Source: Vezdaea acicularis
Taxonomy: Eukaryota
Direction of reading: 5' to 3'
NCBI GenBank assembly: GCA_026025075.1
Contig: JAPEUI010000092.1
Location: 1-64,000 of the forward strand
Length of the DNA stretch: 64,000 nt
A program made the translations under genes and the position numbers. The notes under the pieces were generated by a model. It was not told where the DNA came from. It made no database searches and worked only from the letters and a program-made list of their open reading frames with translations. Numbering within the stretch: the first letter of the stretch is position 1; the number at the start of each line of letters is the position of its first letter. Positions 24,585-35,968 of the stretch are shown in pieces.

Positions 24585-25760
24585 TTATAAGAGGCCGCCC
24601 TCGTCTTCGATGTGGAGGGCCGCGGCCGGGGCGGAGGGGGGAGGGCTCCTGCTTTCACGGAGCTGGCTGGCGATACCGCTGCTGGCGCCAGAGAGGTTCT
24701 TCTTCTTCCAGCCGAGCTTGCCGGTCATTTTCTTCCAGCTCGTCTTCGGGCTTCCGCCGTTGCCGCCAAGGTCGGTGGTGGGCGGGGTGCTGGGAGGAGT
24801 CATGGGTTGCTCGGACGGAGAGGAGGCGGAGGCGGAGTCGTCTGTGAGCATTTCGCCCGAGACGGAGCCGGAGAGGTTCGAGTTGCTGTAAGAGCTCGCG
24901 TTGGGGGAGAGGCGCGAGGCGGAACTGCGGCCCGTAGCACTGGCGTAGGGGTGTGTGATGTGAGAGCCGGTGGAAGAGTAGGAGGATGCAAGGTCGAGCG
25001 AGGGGCGGGGCGGAGAAGATTCGCGACGGGGGCGCCGCGAGCGGAGGTTTCGCTCGTCGTAAGATTGTTGTTGTGGCGGGACGGAGAGGTGTTCGTCCGA
25101 GTGGCGGAAGGATTGTGAGAGGTTGGAGTGTGCGGGGTGTGCCCGGCGCGAGTAGCTGTTCAGAAAGGGGACGAGCACGCTTTCCTCCATGAGTTCGTAG
25201 ATGATTTTGACGGCCGGGTCGAGAGTGTCGGGTGAGGGTGGGGAGAGCTCGTTGGGCAGGTTGAGGAGCGTGTCCCGCACGTCGGAGGGGAGATTCACTT
25301 CGCGCGGGCCGTTCGGGGTGATGTATGCTTCTAGCAGGCGCTGCCAGAGCATACGCACGTATTGGACATTGTCCTCGTTGGGGGGGAGGGAGGCGGCGGT
25401 CGAGGACATCTGGTTGAAGTGCTTTCGGTAGCGCGAGGCATCCATAGTGAATTCGAGGGTTTCGAGGCAGTGGTTTTGAGAGAGGTATGCCATGAACGCG
25501 CTGAGGGTCCACGGAGGAGGTGCCACGTTCGAGAGGATGTCGGCCAATGTGGGTCGTCGCGGGCAGTACGGGCCGTCATAATGCGTGCCTTTGGGGATGG
25601 CCACGCTGAGCGGGCGAGAGGGGAAATTCTCGCCCGCGGACATGGCGCCTTCGTCGTCAGCGTCGCAGTCCGATATCACGGACGACGGCGTCGGCGATGT
25701 TTCTCGTGATGATGCGGATGAGTATTGAAGAGACGGGCGACGCTGTTTCCGATCGATCAT
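24585..25760 (-). CDS. rgsA: Regulator of G-protein signalling (RgsA/Rgs2-type)
   Basis: RGS domain PPPWTLSAFMAYLSQNHCLETLEF...YITPNGPREVNLPS...ELMEESVLVPFL; single-exon 391 aa. Confidence 0.88.
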   Translation of the reverse strand: MIDRKQRRPSLQYSSASSRETSPTPSSVISDCDADDEGAMSAGENFPSRPLSVAIPKGTHYDGPYCPRRPTLADILSNVAPPPWTLSAFMAYLSQNHCLETLEFTMDASRYRKHFNQMSSTAASLPPNEDNVQYVRMLWQRLLEAYITPNGPREVNLPSDVRDTLLNLPNELSPPSPDTLDPAVKIIYELMEESVLVPFLNSYSRRAHPAHSNLSQSFRHSDEHLSVPPQQQSYDERNLRSRRPRRESSPPRPSLDLASSYSSTGSHITHPYASATGRSSASRLSPNASSYSNSNLSGSVSGEMLTDDSASASSPSEQPMTPPSTPPTTDLGGNGGSPKTSWKKMTGKLGWKKKNLSGASSGIASQLRESRSPPPSAPAAALHIEDEGGLL

Positions 25761-28700
25761 GGCGGTCCTGTGGGAGCGTGGAACGTACTGATAGTCCTCG
25801 GAGGCCTCGACACCAGGTTCAGGACAACGCTTCGGTTTTCTGGGGCAAAAGGAATGATGCTTTCGAGATTTCGGAGGATTGTTAGAAGGGCAAGTGTTAT
25901 CGAACGTGGATCAGCATGAATGCTCTCGCATGCGGATTCGGCGATTTTGAGATGGTACGGGTATCGTCTTTAACACGAATCGGAGACGGACGCCAGATCT
26001 GTTTGCTTCGGATATGCCGCAGAGAAGAAGGTCCTTATGTCACAGGCGGATGGGCGACGTCTGTGCTCGTCGGTTGGAAGCAAGTTGCCGACAGCCGTCT
26101 GGACGGTGTCCCCCAAATGATGAGTCCTACACCAATGACTGAAACCTAAGCTTTTCCGCGCTCGTGAAACGGAGGGGGACCAGCGAGTTGGCGGAGACGC
26201 GCAGCGGTCGAAACGTCGACACGGGCCTTGCAACGCTCGATGGGTTGACGGCGAGGTTGTTTGGCCAGCGCTTGGAGGGAAAATGCTGTTTTGTATGGCA
26301 ACCGGACGTATTTGGTGGATTCGAGGGAGGTTTTGAAGGTGGCAAATGTGCCGAACGGAAGGCGGGTAAGGACGGACGAGGATATGAGGGTTGATACAGC
26401 CGGGCTCTTCTTCCCGGTACCTGTTGATGGTCGGAGAAGGATGTAGCGGGAACAGTGGTTGCTTTTGAGGAACGACTGCTGCTTATTGCGGCGGGCGAGG
26501 ATCACGGTCGTGCGAGGCACCGCGGAACGTTTCGAGCGGATGACAGAAGGAAATAGGGTCGGGACGATGAAAGGGGAAAGGGAATGAACGACATGCCTCT
26601 CCTGGCAATAGAGTTTTGGAACGGGGAGTGCAGAACGTGGGATGGAGAAAGGCGAAAAGGTGGACTGTGGAATGAGGTGGAGTCAGGAAGGCCACTGCGG
26701 TATGATGCGAGGATGAATAAGAAGCCACGGACGGGTGTCGAGCAAAGAGGCAGGTGGGCAGGCATCACGAAAGGGCGAAGGCGACTACGGGGCGAGCCAA
26801 ACCCGAACGGGAGGATCGTCTGAGGGCGAAGGAAAAGTAGTCGGGTCCGGTGCGTTCTTGCGTGGTGTCTTGCCTCCTCTGACCGTCTCTCACGCAATTG
26901 AGCCGCTGTACGAGTGACGCCGCAGCGCCCTTTGGAATGGATGGGCAGAGAGAGAGACAGGCAGACAGCGCGCGCTGCAGCGGGGGCTCTGAACTCTGTC
27001 CGTCATCGGTTCTGCTCCTGCGGTCCTCGCTGCCTGTCTGCCTGGCTGCCTGTGTCTCTTCCTGTCTCTTTCTCCTCTCACTCTCTCTCTCTTTCGCCCT
27101 CGCCGACATCCTTCACAGTCCGCCTCGCGTTCGTTTCTGGCTCGGTCAAGTCACCAGCAGCGCGGATGATGCGGTGGACCCGCACTAAGGGCGACCGGCC
27201 ATCCCTGCGGGCTGCGGCCTGCGGGCGCGCTCCACTCGAAGCCTTCTGGAAACGACGCTCGCGAATCAGCGGCGCCGCTAGAAGGCTCCCCGAACGCGGC
27301 CGCGGAGGGCCACGGGCGCGCCAAGCCCCGTCGGCCCTGCCGACCCCCCGGTCGTCCTTCTCCCCGGCTGCGTCAGGCGACTGGGATATAACGTTGCTGC
27401 TGCCCGCCAGTCATCGCTCGCCCCTCCCCACTCGACGCCAGAGCGTGCAGCGAACAGCGTGACGGACGATCCAGCGCGCATCCCTCGACAGGCCATCGAA
27501 AAAAAGGGACGAACGGGCTACTGTAGCGAGCCAGGCGTGAGACCGCATCGAGGACGAGGGAGTTCGATGGCAGCAAATTACAGTCTGCAGCGAGAGCATG
27601 CACCGCGTCGCTTCGACGCGCGCAGAAGGTTCGACGTGATTGCTTCTTTCTGCGGCCGCCGCATTCCTGGCCCAACAAACGGTGCAGCGAGAGGGAGTCC
27701 GGCGAGTTCTGGTGCTTCGTGAACATGAACATGAACACGCTTGCATCCTCACCCAGTTCTGAGCCCCCGAGATGAGCCAATCCGAGGCCGTCGCAGTGCC
27801 TGAAACGAGAAGTGAAAGGAAAATGATATGAAAGGGCGCACGGTCGATGGGGGGTTTTGCGATGTGTGCACGGCGGTCGTGGACGTCTTGCCCCGGATTG
27901 GTCATCTCGTTCGTTGGCTCGGACTGCCCCCGACCGGACCTCTGGGCCTGCGCCTGCGCCTGCCACGAGCGACGCCACTGGTTGGCCCGACCCATGGGCT
28001 CGCCATCGCATGCGACACGACGTAGCACCCGTCGCACAGAGTGGACTCGAACGAGGAAGCCCATCGAGCCCATCGTGGCGCGAGAACATCGTCCCAACTC
28101 CCTCGTCGATACGGGCTCCAAACACCTACAGCCGTCGGAGGGTGGAACCGCCAATTCCGCGTCCAGCATGGTCGTCGTCGTCCTTACGCCCTTTGGGATC
28201 CAGCGCTACTGTAGTCCCACACACCCATGGATGGTTTGCTTGTCGCCGCCGGCGTTAGCGTGCTGCCTGAGGTGGTGCAGCTTCCGTGTGCGTCAGAGAC
28301 ATGATTCCACATCCGCATGGATGCCCGGTGGTACAAGTACCATGTTCGGTATTCCAGTCTAGTAGCATATGCCATGCAATCCCATGGAACTGCAAAGAAT
28401 GAAATACCCATGGAGCCAAAGGAGCCATGTGTCCTGCCAGACTCGAACGTGCAGAAAGGCCAAGGCTAAGGCTTTCGTCGTCAATCTGACTGAGGCGCAC
28501 GGTTTCAACTCAACGCGTGTTTTGCCCTGAGCGGCTCTCAGGTAACTATGCAAAAACGAAAAGCATTCGATATCTCGGCTCGTACACCCGCCTGTCTGAC
28601 AAAGATAACGCAAGAAACAAATCATGCGAATAGATAGCCAAGTTCCTCTGTGCTGAACGCACTAAAAGCTTAGATCGCTACCCTGCGTCGGGGACTTTGA

Positions 28701-30031
28701 TTGTAAAAACTCGAAGCGATTTGGATTTCCCCAATCCGAGTGCTGTCACATGACGGTTTTCTTGCTGCCCTTATCAGACAAGAAACTAGCCCGCAAGCGC
28801 AATCCATCACCAAATTTGTGATGGATTTTTGATAATCAAATTGAGTCTCATAGTGCATGTGCTGGCCCTCGCGACTGGTAATATCAATTTGGTCCTGAAG
28901 GAAGTAGTTGGTGAGTCGCTTCGAAGCTTTCCCCCCATTCTGAAGCGCCTCGCGGCCTCTACCAAGCCTGGTTGACAGATGAAAAATGCGCTTTGGCTGA
29001 TAAGGCTACGCTAACAAGAAGCAAGCTATCATGAAAGCTGCAAGTGTCTTCATCTTCGATTTGGGGACGTAATTCCATGAGTCTAGTCCAAACCGTATTC
29101 TAGACGCGCTCCGCGCATTCGATACACCCACCGTTTTTTTTTGTCGAAACGTGCCAATCAGCTGGTGAGCTCATTCCCCAATAGTGTTAAGGTTCGTGGA
29201 AGGATCACTCCTAGAACGCGGCTCTCTTGCCGCCACCGCACGGACCAACACAATACGAGAAGGATCGACAGGTCCCTACGGAAGGGTTCTGGAAAATTGC
29301 CTTAACGGGTGATTGCCCCGAAGTCTAAAACGCGCACCATCAACGGATCAGTGGGGATATTTCGACAAGCTACTTACACAGAAAGGGGGCTTCATCCGGC
29401 TATTGAGTCAGACATATATGTATGTAAATAAGCACCATAAGTCGCATCTTCATTGCTAGATCATCGCGTCAACGAGCTCTTTCGACAGTCGATTCAACGT
29501 TGAGGATCAAGGTGTGAAACCCTGGCATCGAACCGAGCAACACTCAAGATGTACCCTGTGTGCTGAACTTTAGGTGCATCGGAAAAGTGATAAACATCGC
29601 CTCCTTTGAATAAGACGGGCCAGAGGAGATCGGCAACCCTGTGTGGCATTGCCAGATTGATAGATTGCTTCCTGCAATCTATTTCTCTTCTACAAAAGGC
29701 TCTCTTATTGTCTCTTCCTTGATAACAACAGCGAGAGAACTTTTACTAGTTGTACACATGACACTGGATCGGCTCGGTCGGGATCGCCGATAGGGTTAGG
29801 CCCCCATTCCATGGCTCTACCTGCGTCGTTTGTGCGTGAGCCATCCTGATTTGGGTCTTGACAGCGCTTATTCAGTAATCGCGTACGGGCGTCTATATCA
29901 GGGCATATTCTGCCTTGTGACAAGCAGTTTGCGGGATAAGCTGGAGTTCAAAGGTCCATCAGCAAAGGCGGCTGACTATGTCAATAATTGTGGTGAAGAC
30001 TTGAGAGTATTGCGCGTTACCAAGTAGCACG

Positions 30032-31869
30032 CTAAGTTCGCAGCATGACCCGATAACCTGAGCGAGTTTCCAATGCCGCAGTTTCCAAGTCCCATCCTAC
30101 GTCTTTGAGCCTACCAATATAACTAGGGAAATTTCGATTGACGTTTTTCAGCATTTCACCAATCAAGTCTAGTATGTCTTGGGGTGGCGAGGTCAGCCTG
30201 AGCCTAGTTTTGCGAGACTGGAGCTTGTGTTGAGCCGCAAGTGCATGAGCCCATGCTTTCAATTGGGACTTGACAGAAGCGCTCGTCTTTAGGACGATGA
30301 CGATACATCCCTGGCGTTGATCAGGCCATAACATATATTCTTCACCTTGGAAGATTTTAGCGATGCTCTTAACGTCGACGGTTGATGAAGAAGCTGCTGC
30401 CTTGGCTTGACTCTGGGATCCTATGGCAGTAAGGAACTGATCGAAAGATACTCCAATGCGACAGTAGCCTAGTATTGTGGATCCTTGCCACCGAAGAACT
30501 CCGTCACGTTCAAAGATTCGTTCCTGGATGGAGACTTGTTGAGGTGTAAGCACCTGGTCGGCTTCTAAGAGTGACGAAAGTATGAGATTAGCTCGCTGTC
30601 GGTTTAAGGTTCGCATTTTGACTGCTCGTACAGCAGCGTAGTTTGTCCCGAGGTGTACGGCCAGAAGAAACAACAGAGCTGCCCAGGTTGCAAATGGGGA
30701 TGATACATAAGACACGATGAAACTTCCAGCCTGTTCCTCTTAGCACAGCCCCTTTTCGATCTCATACTGAAGGCCTACCAGCATGCCCATCAATGAGATT
30801 ACTGTTTCTTGGCTGGAGTCTTTCTAGGTTCCGTCAGCCAGACTCAGATGTTGGTATGGGAGGAGGGGATGCTCATCGACTCAAATCATGAATAATGTAG
30901 GACGCTACTAGGAAAGACAGCTTACCGCGTTGAGTTCTCCAAGATTGCCCCATCGAGCAAAGTGAGCACTTAGACTTGCCTTGCTGCTTCCTGCAGAGAC
31001 TCCACATAGTGCTCGAAGTACGGAAGAGAAACTTAAGACTAGCACCCTTGCAGACTTTGAGAAACTGGGTGAGAGGCAGTCAAGAATCATAGCGGTATCA
31101 TTGAACACATCAGCAGCCAATCTATACATCTTGCACTCAGGCTCAAGTGAAGTGCCTAGTCTGTGCGCGAAAAGAATGGTTGCTACTCGGCCCATACTCT
31201 CTTGGAGAACGGTTAAAAGAATCGCTGCGGTTGGGGACGCTGATGCGTCGCCCACACCAACACCTATATGGCTGCTAGTACCCTTTACGAGATAAATGAA
31301 TTTAGGATGAGATCTATACCCTGAAGCACAGCTCTAGATGACAATAACCCTGCGATAGAGCTTGAAAACGCTTGTAAGGAGTCCTGTTGTAATTAGTGCG
31401 AAGAATCAAGCATTGTTGGAGCAACTAACATATACTTGATATCTATAAGTAACGCAGTCTTAGTTAGCTTTTGATTTAAATTCAAATTGGTCTCATCTCT
31501 ATCATTATGATATGTTAAGACAACTAGAATAAGGCAGAGGATGTCAATTTCGTGGAAACAACTTCGAGCGGCAATGCGAGACTTGGGAGTTGGGAATCCT
31601 TGCGTACTCAAGATAGTCATCGGTGACACTATGAGGATAGCCTGCGGGCAGGAAAACTGCCAGTATCGTCTCACATATCGATTGGGTTCGTCGAGTTCGC
31701 TGAAAGGATCCATCAGCCACCTATCTAAAGGGGCTATGAGGCGCCACCAACATACTATCCTGTCTATTCTAGAAATCTTGACTTTGGAGTCAGACTGAGA
31801 CTCAATGTAAGAAGCTGTAATTTTTCCAGCGTCATTGCTTTCTATTATCTCCAGTCCAACTGTAGCCAT
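30032..31869 (-). CDS. RUS1 / DUF647 family protein (root UV-B sensitive; vitamin B6 homeostasis family)
   Basis: Spliced protein contains FLPAGYPHSVTDDYLEYQVYDSLQAFSSSIAGLL, KMYRLAADVFND, LGELNAKDSSQETV, TLNRQRA. Introns 31700..31755, 31443..31607, 31384..31429, 31264..31319, 30824..30925, 30731..30778. Confidence 0.9.
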
Positions 31870-33212
31870 TGTCAATAGTCTAGAAGGTGAATATTTGCGA
31901 CAGAGCAAAACGATGTGGGAAGTACGTGTTCCACCTTGGAAGCCATCTTTAACCGGATCAGCACACCTGACTTCTTGTCCCCAGAAAATTCACGCATGAT
32001 TTCGGAGATTCTCATATATGATTTTTCCATGTTTAAATATGTGTATACGTCCTATGATGCTCATTGATCTTGCTTATGTCAACTTTTGGATTGGCTAACC
32101 TATATGGAGACAACGTATGAAGGAGGACGCCATATCAGAAATCTAAGCCAGAAGATAGTACATGGTATCCGAGCAAAAGCCCTTTAAGATTCGCGACCCT
32201 AGAATCAAACAGAAAGGAAATGCATTGTCCTCGTAAATCTAGCACACCTTAACTCCAAGAACAGATCTCTCAAGCCTTGCTGTTAACGGCCCTTTTCATG
32301 CTACCAAGCTAGCACCAGCTGTGTCGATAGCTTCTATCTCTGTTTCTGACCAAATCGTACGCTGGAATCGTGCAGGAAGCTCGCTTCGATCGAAGAACTG
32401 GCCCGCGGGAGCTTCGACGGGACCTAAGGACTCGCCTGAGTGGCCACCAATCTGTCCACCAACGCCTTTGTAGGATGATTGATTGTTGAGTGGCCCATGT
32501 TGTTGAGCCTTTGATCTATATGCTTTAAAGGAATCTGGAAGGGTACCTGCTGGTGATGCAGGATGCGTTTGTGGGGTATGATCTATGGTCTCTAGTGTTT
32601 ATATTATTAGCCCAAGTTCAGAAGAAAATTTTTCTAAAGGCTGGTTAGGGGCCAAATTAACATACTAGGAATAGACCGCTTTCCTATGAAATGGATCATT
32701 GGGGTCCTGTGCTGGGCAGCAGCTTGCCATAAAGTCCGCGTAACTTTCATCTCGGAAAGAATTATTAGTCTAGCCTTAGCTGAGTAATGCCTTAAGATAT
32801 ACAATTGAATCCCAATTGAAAGTGAGGGAGAAGAGAGCTTTTAGGATTAGCCAAGGTAATAAGAGCTGGGCGATTGAGTCAGAAGAATGTCAAGTCTGTG
32901 CGGCAGTGGTGTCCTGATAAGAAGCAATAATTTGTGACGCAGTGCTTAACGTTCGGCTAAATAATCCCTGGATCGTCAGCCCGGCCGGTGGCGGCCACCA
33001 GAATTTTAAAACAGCGCAACCACGCGAGAAACAAAGCGAAATGGCCCGCCAGAAGATTACATGAGGTACTGCCTCTCCCAAATTGCGCGACGCGGTACTG
33101 CAATTGCTTTTGTATCTTGGGTGCTGGGTGTGCCATACTTTCTGGTCTGCACGTGGTTATCTCAAATTTGTAGGTTCGCAGACCGGGCTGAATCTGGTAG
33201 GCCCATACAATC

Positions 33213-34105
33213 ATGCAAGAGCTATCACTCTTTGCGCAGATTCCTGTGGATCGATACGAGCAGGTGATGAACGTTCTTGCTGGCATCTCAGCAATGCAGC
33301 CAAGCGAGGTGCGGGAGAGGCACTTGATCTTTAAGCCGAGAAGGAAACCGAATACTGCAGCTCCTAAAATTGGAGGATCTCAAGCTCTCGAGACCCTAAA
33401 GTCTCAGACACCACAAAAGAGTCAGAGCGAGTTGTTTTACTTGAAGCTCGTAGGGAATATAAGGAATCAACAAAGCTCGAGAAGCGAGGCAAATCAAGGA
33501 ATCAAAGATGTGGAAGCTCCTGTGGAAGGAGAAACTCTAGTACATAGCGGACGTTCATTCATCGGCCATACCTTTGACTCGAGCAAATCGTCATGGACCA
33601 TGCGATTTTCCGATCTTCCAGAAGTCCCAGGTAGGCGACCAGTCACGCTAAGGATGGTCACAGATGTTACTTTGAGCGAAGGGAATGTATTGGACTACAT
33701 GAATGCATTTGGTTATGAGTATAAAATCAAAACGGTTTCAGCATGGAGTGTGAAAGACTGACGAAATCTAGCTTCATGTCGGAACATTGTCTGGAAGGAC
33801 AACAGTTCGTACATCATAACGTGATCCTTCTTATTCATCGCCTTCTACAGTATCCTCCTGAAAATAAGCCGGACAATGGACAAGCACTACCGCCACGTGA
33901 GAAAGCACCAGCTCTTTCCTCTTTGAAACCTTTCGACCCCAGTGGAGCATATGTTTTACAGGCGTCTGTTCGTATTCAGCCTGGCAGCAAACCGGAGACT
34001 GTTGATACCGGTATGAACGAATTGAGGGTGTTTCAAGACATGATGAGAGGTGTCATAGGATTAGATCTTGGTGATAGATTAGCTCTTGATACTAGAGTGA
34101 AATGA
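33213..34105 (+). CDS. MED18: Mediator of RNA polymerase II subunit 18 (Srb5)
   Basis: MQELSLFAQI...LAGISAMQP...ERHLIFKP, WTMRFSDLPE, DPSGAYVLQASVRI, C-terminal DRLALDTRVK. Intron 33719..33771. Confidence 0.9.
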
Positions 34106-34453
34106 GGAGAAAGTACGAGTACTCAGTAGGATACCGAAATACGTTCCAGGCAGTGGACCCAGACGAAAATTGGACCAGCTTCACAAACTTGGCGACCACT
34201 CTCCAGATTGAAGGAAGAGGACCGTGCCCCTTTTGCTCTTTGATTCTATTGGAAGCTATGATGGCTAGGGTCTAATACGAATTAGAGTGTCGAGCAAAAC
34301 CCGCGTATGCTTATTACGCGTTGTCAATATCTACGCATTCGTCGGTACCAAGTTTCTGTTATGGTGGCCAGAAAGATATCTGCTAAGATAGATATCTATG
34401 AAAGCAATCTTTACGTGGATTTAGAAGTAAATGAACTCAAAATTCGTTCTCTT

Positions 34454-35507
34454 CTAAGATAACTCTTTCTCCTTTTTCTCTAATCTAATAGTTGTAAGGG
34501 CAGCGCTTAACCTGCACATCTCAACCGCATCCTCACCAAGAGATCTCCACATCTTATCTACGTTATTCTCAAGCCCGATTCGCTCGGCCGTCTTCAAACT
34601 TCTAGGGTCGATGAATGGAGCGAGACATGACCAGACGCCTTGTGCAGTATCAAAGAATATGTCGATGCCTACATCTCCAAGACCCTTTATTTCTTTGAGA
34701 AAAGTGCGGATCTTCGGGGGCGAAGAGGAAGCGCGTTTAAGAAGATTGTTAAGATCCCCTCCTGCGGAATTGAAAGAGTCAGATCCCAAAACTAAACATC
34801 ATCATAAGTGTCGATTCGAGGTGATCGCTGACCATTGCCTTACAAGCATCCTAAGTTCCCGTATACGAGATTTCTACAGGACCTTGAGGATTCTGAAAGT
34901 GTTGAAGAGACGAGCTTAAATACATACCATACTTATCCTGCACCAAATTCACCAAATCACCCAATTCCGTTGCTGTCTTCTCGCGGTACCGGGTGTACCC
35001 GCCATTCGTTAAGACTTTCGTTCTTTCCTCCCATGTGCTCCTCTTTAATACTTCAATATCATGATATTCAGCCTCGATTAAGCACTTCACGCTCTTAAAT
35101 GCTAGCTGGTGTGAAATGCGTGCTGACGTAAGCATCGCATTGAGAACAAGCGCCAGGATATTCTTGGGTGTTGGTGAGACAGGATCAGATATACGAAGGT
35201 CTTCCAGGAGGAGTGTGCCATAGCTTGACAAGATTGAACGAAGTTTGGGATTGGCCGTAATGGGCGCCTCTCTTACTTCTGCCTTCTGCGTAAGGTCTGC
35301 CTGGTTATTGGTCTTATGCTTCTTGTGGGAAGGCCCTTCTTTGGCAACCTTAGGGTCGTCTTCTGCTTGTTGACGCTTCTTTGCAGTAGATTTAGTTCGG
35401 TCCTTCTGATTACTGGAGCCTTTGGCTTTAGAAGTCTTTGGAGTAGACACCATGGGACTCGTGCCTCCATTTGACCGGGCTTTCTCTTGCGCTCTGGTCC
35501 GAGCCAT
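34454..35507 (-). CDS. Uncharacterised helix-hairpin-helix (DNA glycosylase/endonuclease III-like fold) protein with basic N-terminal extension
   Basis: Intron 34762..34927 (GTATGT...CTGAC...CAG) joins two ORFs: LTSARISH...TWEERTKVLTNGGYTRYREKTATELG...KYGGDLNNL...LKEIKGLGDVGIDIFF. Confidence 0.8.
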
Positions 35508-35968
35508 GACACTTTACGTTGGACTACTTCTAAATCCTAGCTTTGTGGATCATATACCCATACATATTATATAGTGGAGACTAGCACGACAGCCATGCGT
35601 TGCGAGCATAGCAACTGAACCAATCGAAGTTGTTTAATGACGTGCGAAACACCTCACAGTGCTTGCAGTCGGTTTTGCGCTACCGCCAGCCAACAAGCAC
35701 ATCGAAGCATGAGCTATAGATCTGATGTCTTTGTGTATAATTTAGCTTGTATTCAACAGAAAGTACATCTACTAGCTGGTTTGATTTTGCAGTCAAACTT
35801 TTTAACTTTGGAATTCTCTGATGCGAAAATAATCTGCGCAAATTCAGGACTTAATCCATGGCGAACCACATGCAAGAATTCTGAAAGCGTGAACTCAAGC
35901 ATTAAAGGCCCACTACTATTAGTACTCCGTAAGCAACCACGGCCAACAATGAGCATGAGCTGGTGGCC

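Noticed and set aside
24612..25709. Antisense and alternate-frame ORFs over rgsA (likewise over the F-box-like gene, CIA1 and ADE12)
   Set aside because: Shadow ORFs caused by GC-rich codon usage of the real genes.
26100..28500. Overlapping 100-250 aa ORFs on both strands
   Set aside because: GC-rich sequence with few stops; Arg/Ala/Pro-rich translations with no recognisable domains.
29520..29540. B-box/T-loop-like GGTTCGATGCC on the minus strand
   Set aside because: Imperfect T-stem and no upstream A-box or D-arm.
29791..29800. CCTAACCCTA on the minus strand as a telomerase RNA template
   Set aside because: A 10-nt telomeric match is expected by chance in 64 kb. I could not identify a pseudoknot, P6/P6.1 or Sm site, and it lies only ~230 nt past the RUS1 stop.
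31443..31607. Possible twin (nested) intron in the RUS1 gene: internal TTGAC...TTCTAG at ~31524
   Set aside because: Excising the internal part does not create a credible donor or preserve frame; treated as one 165-nt intron.
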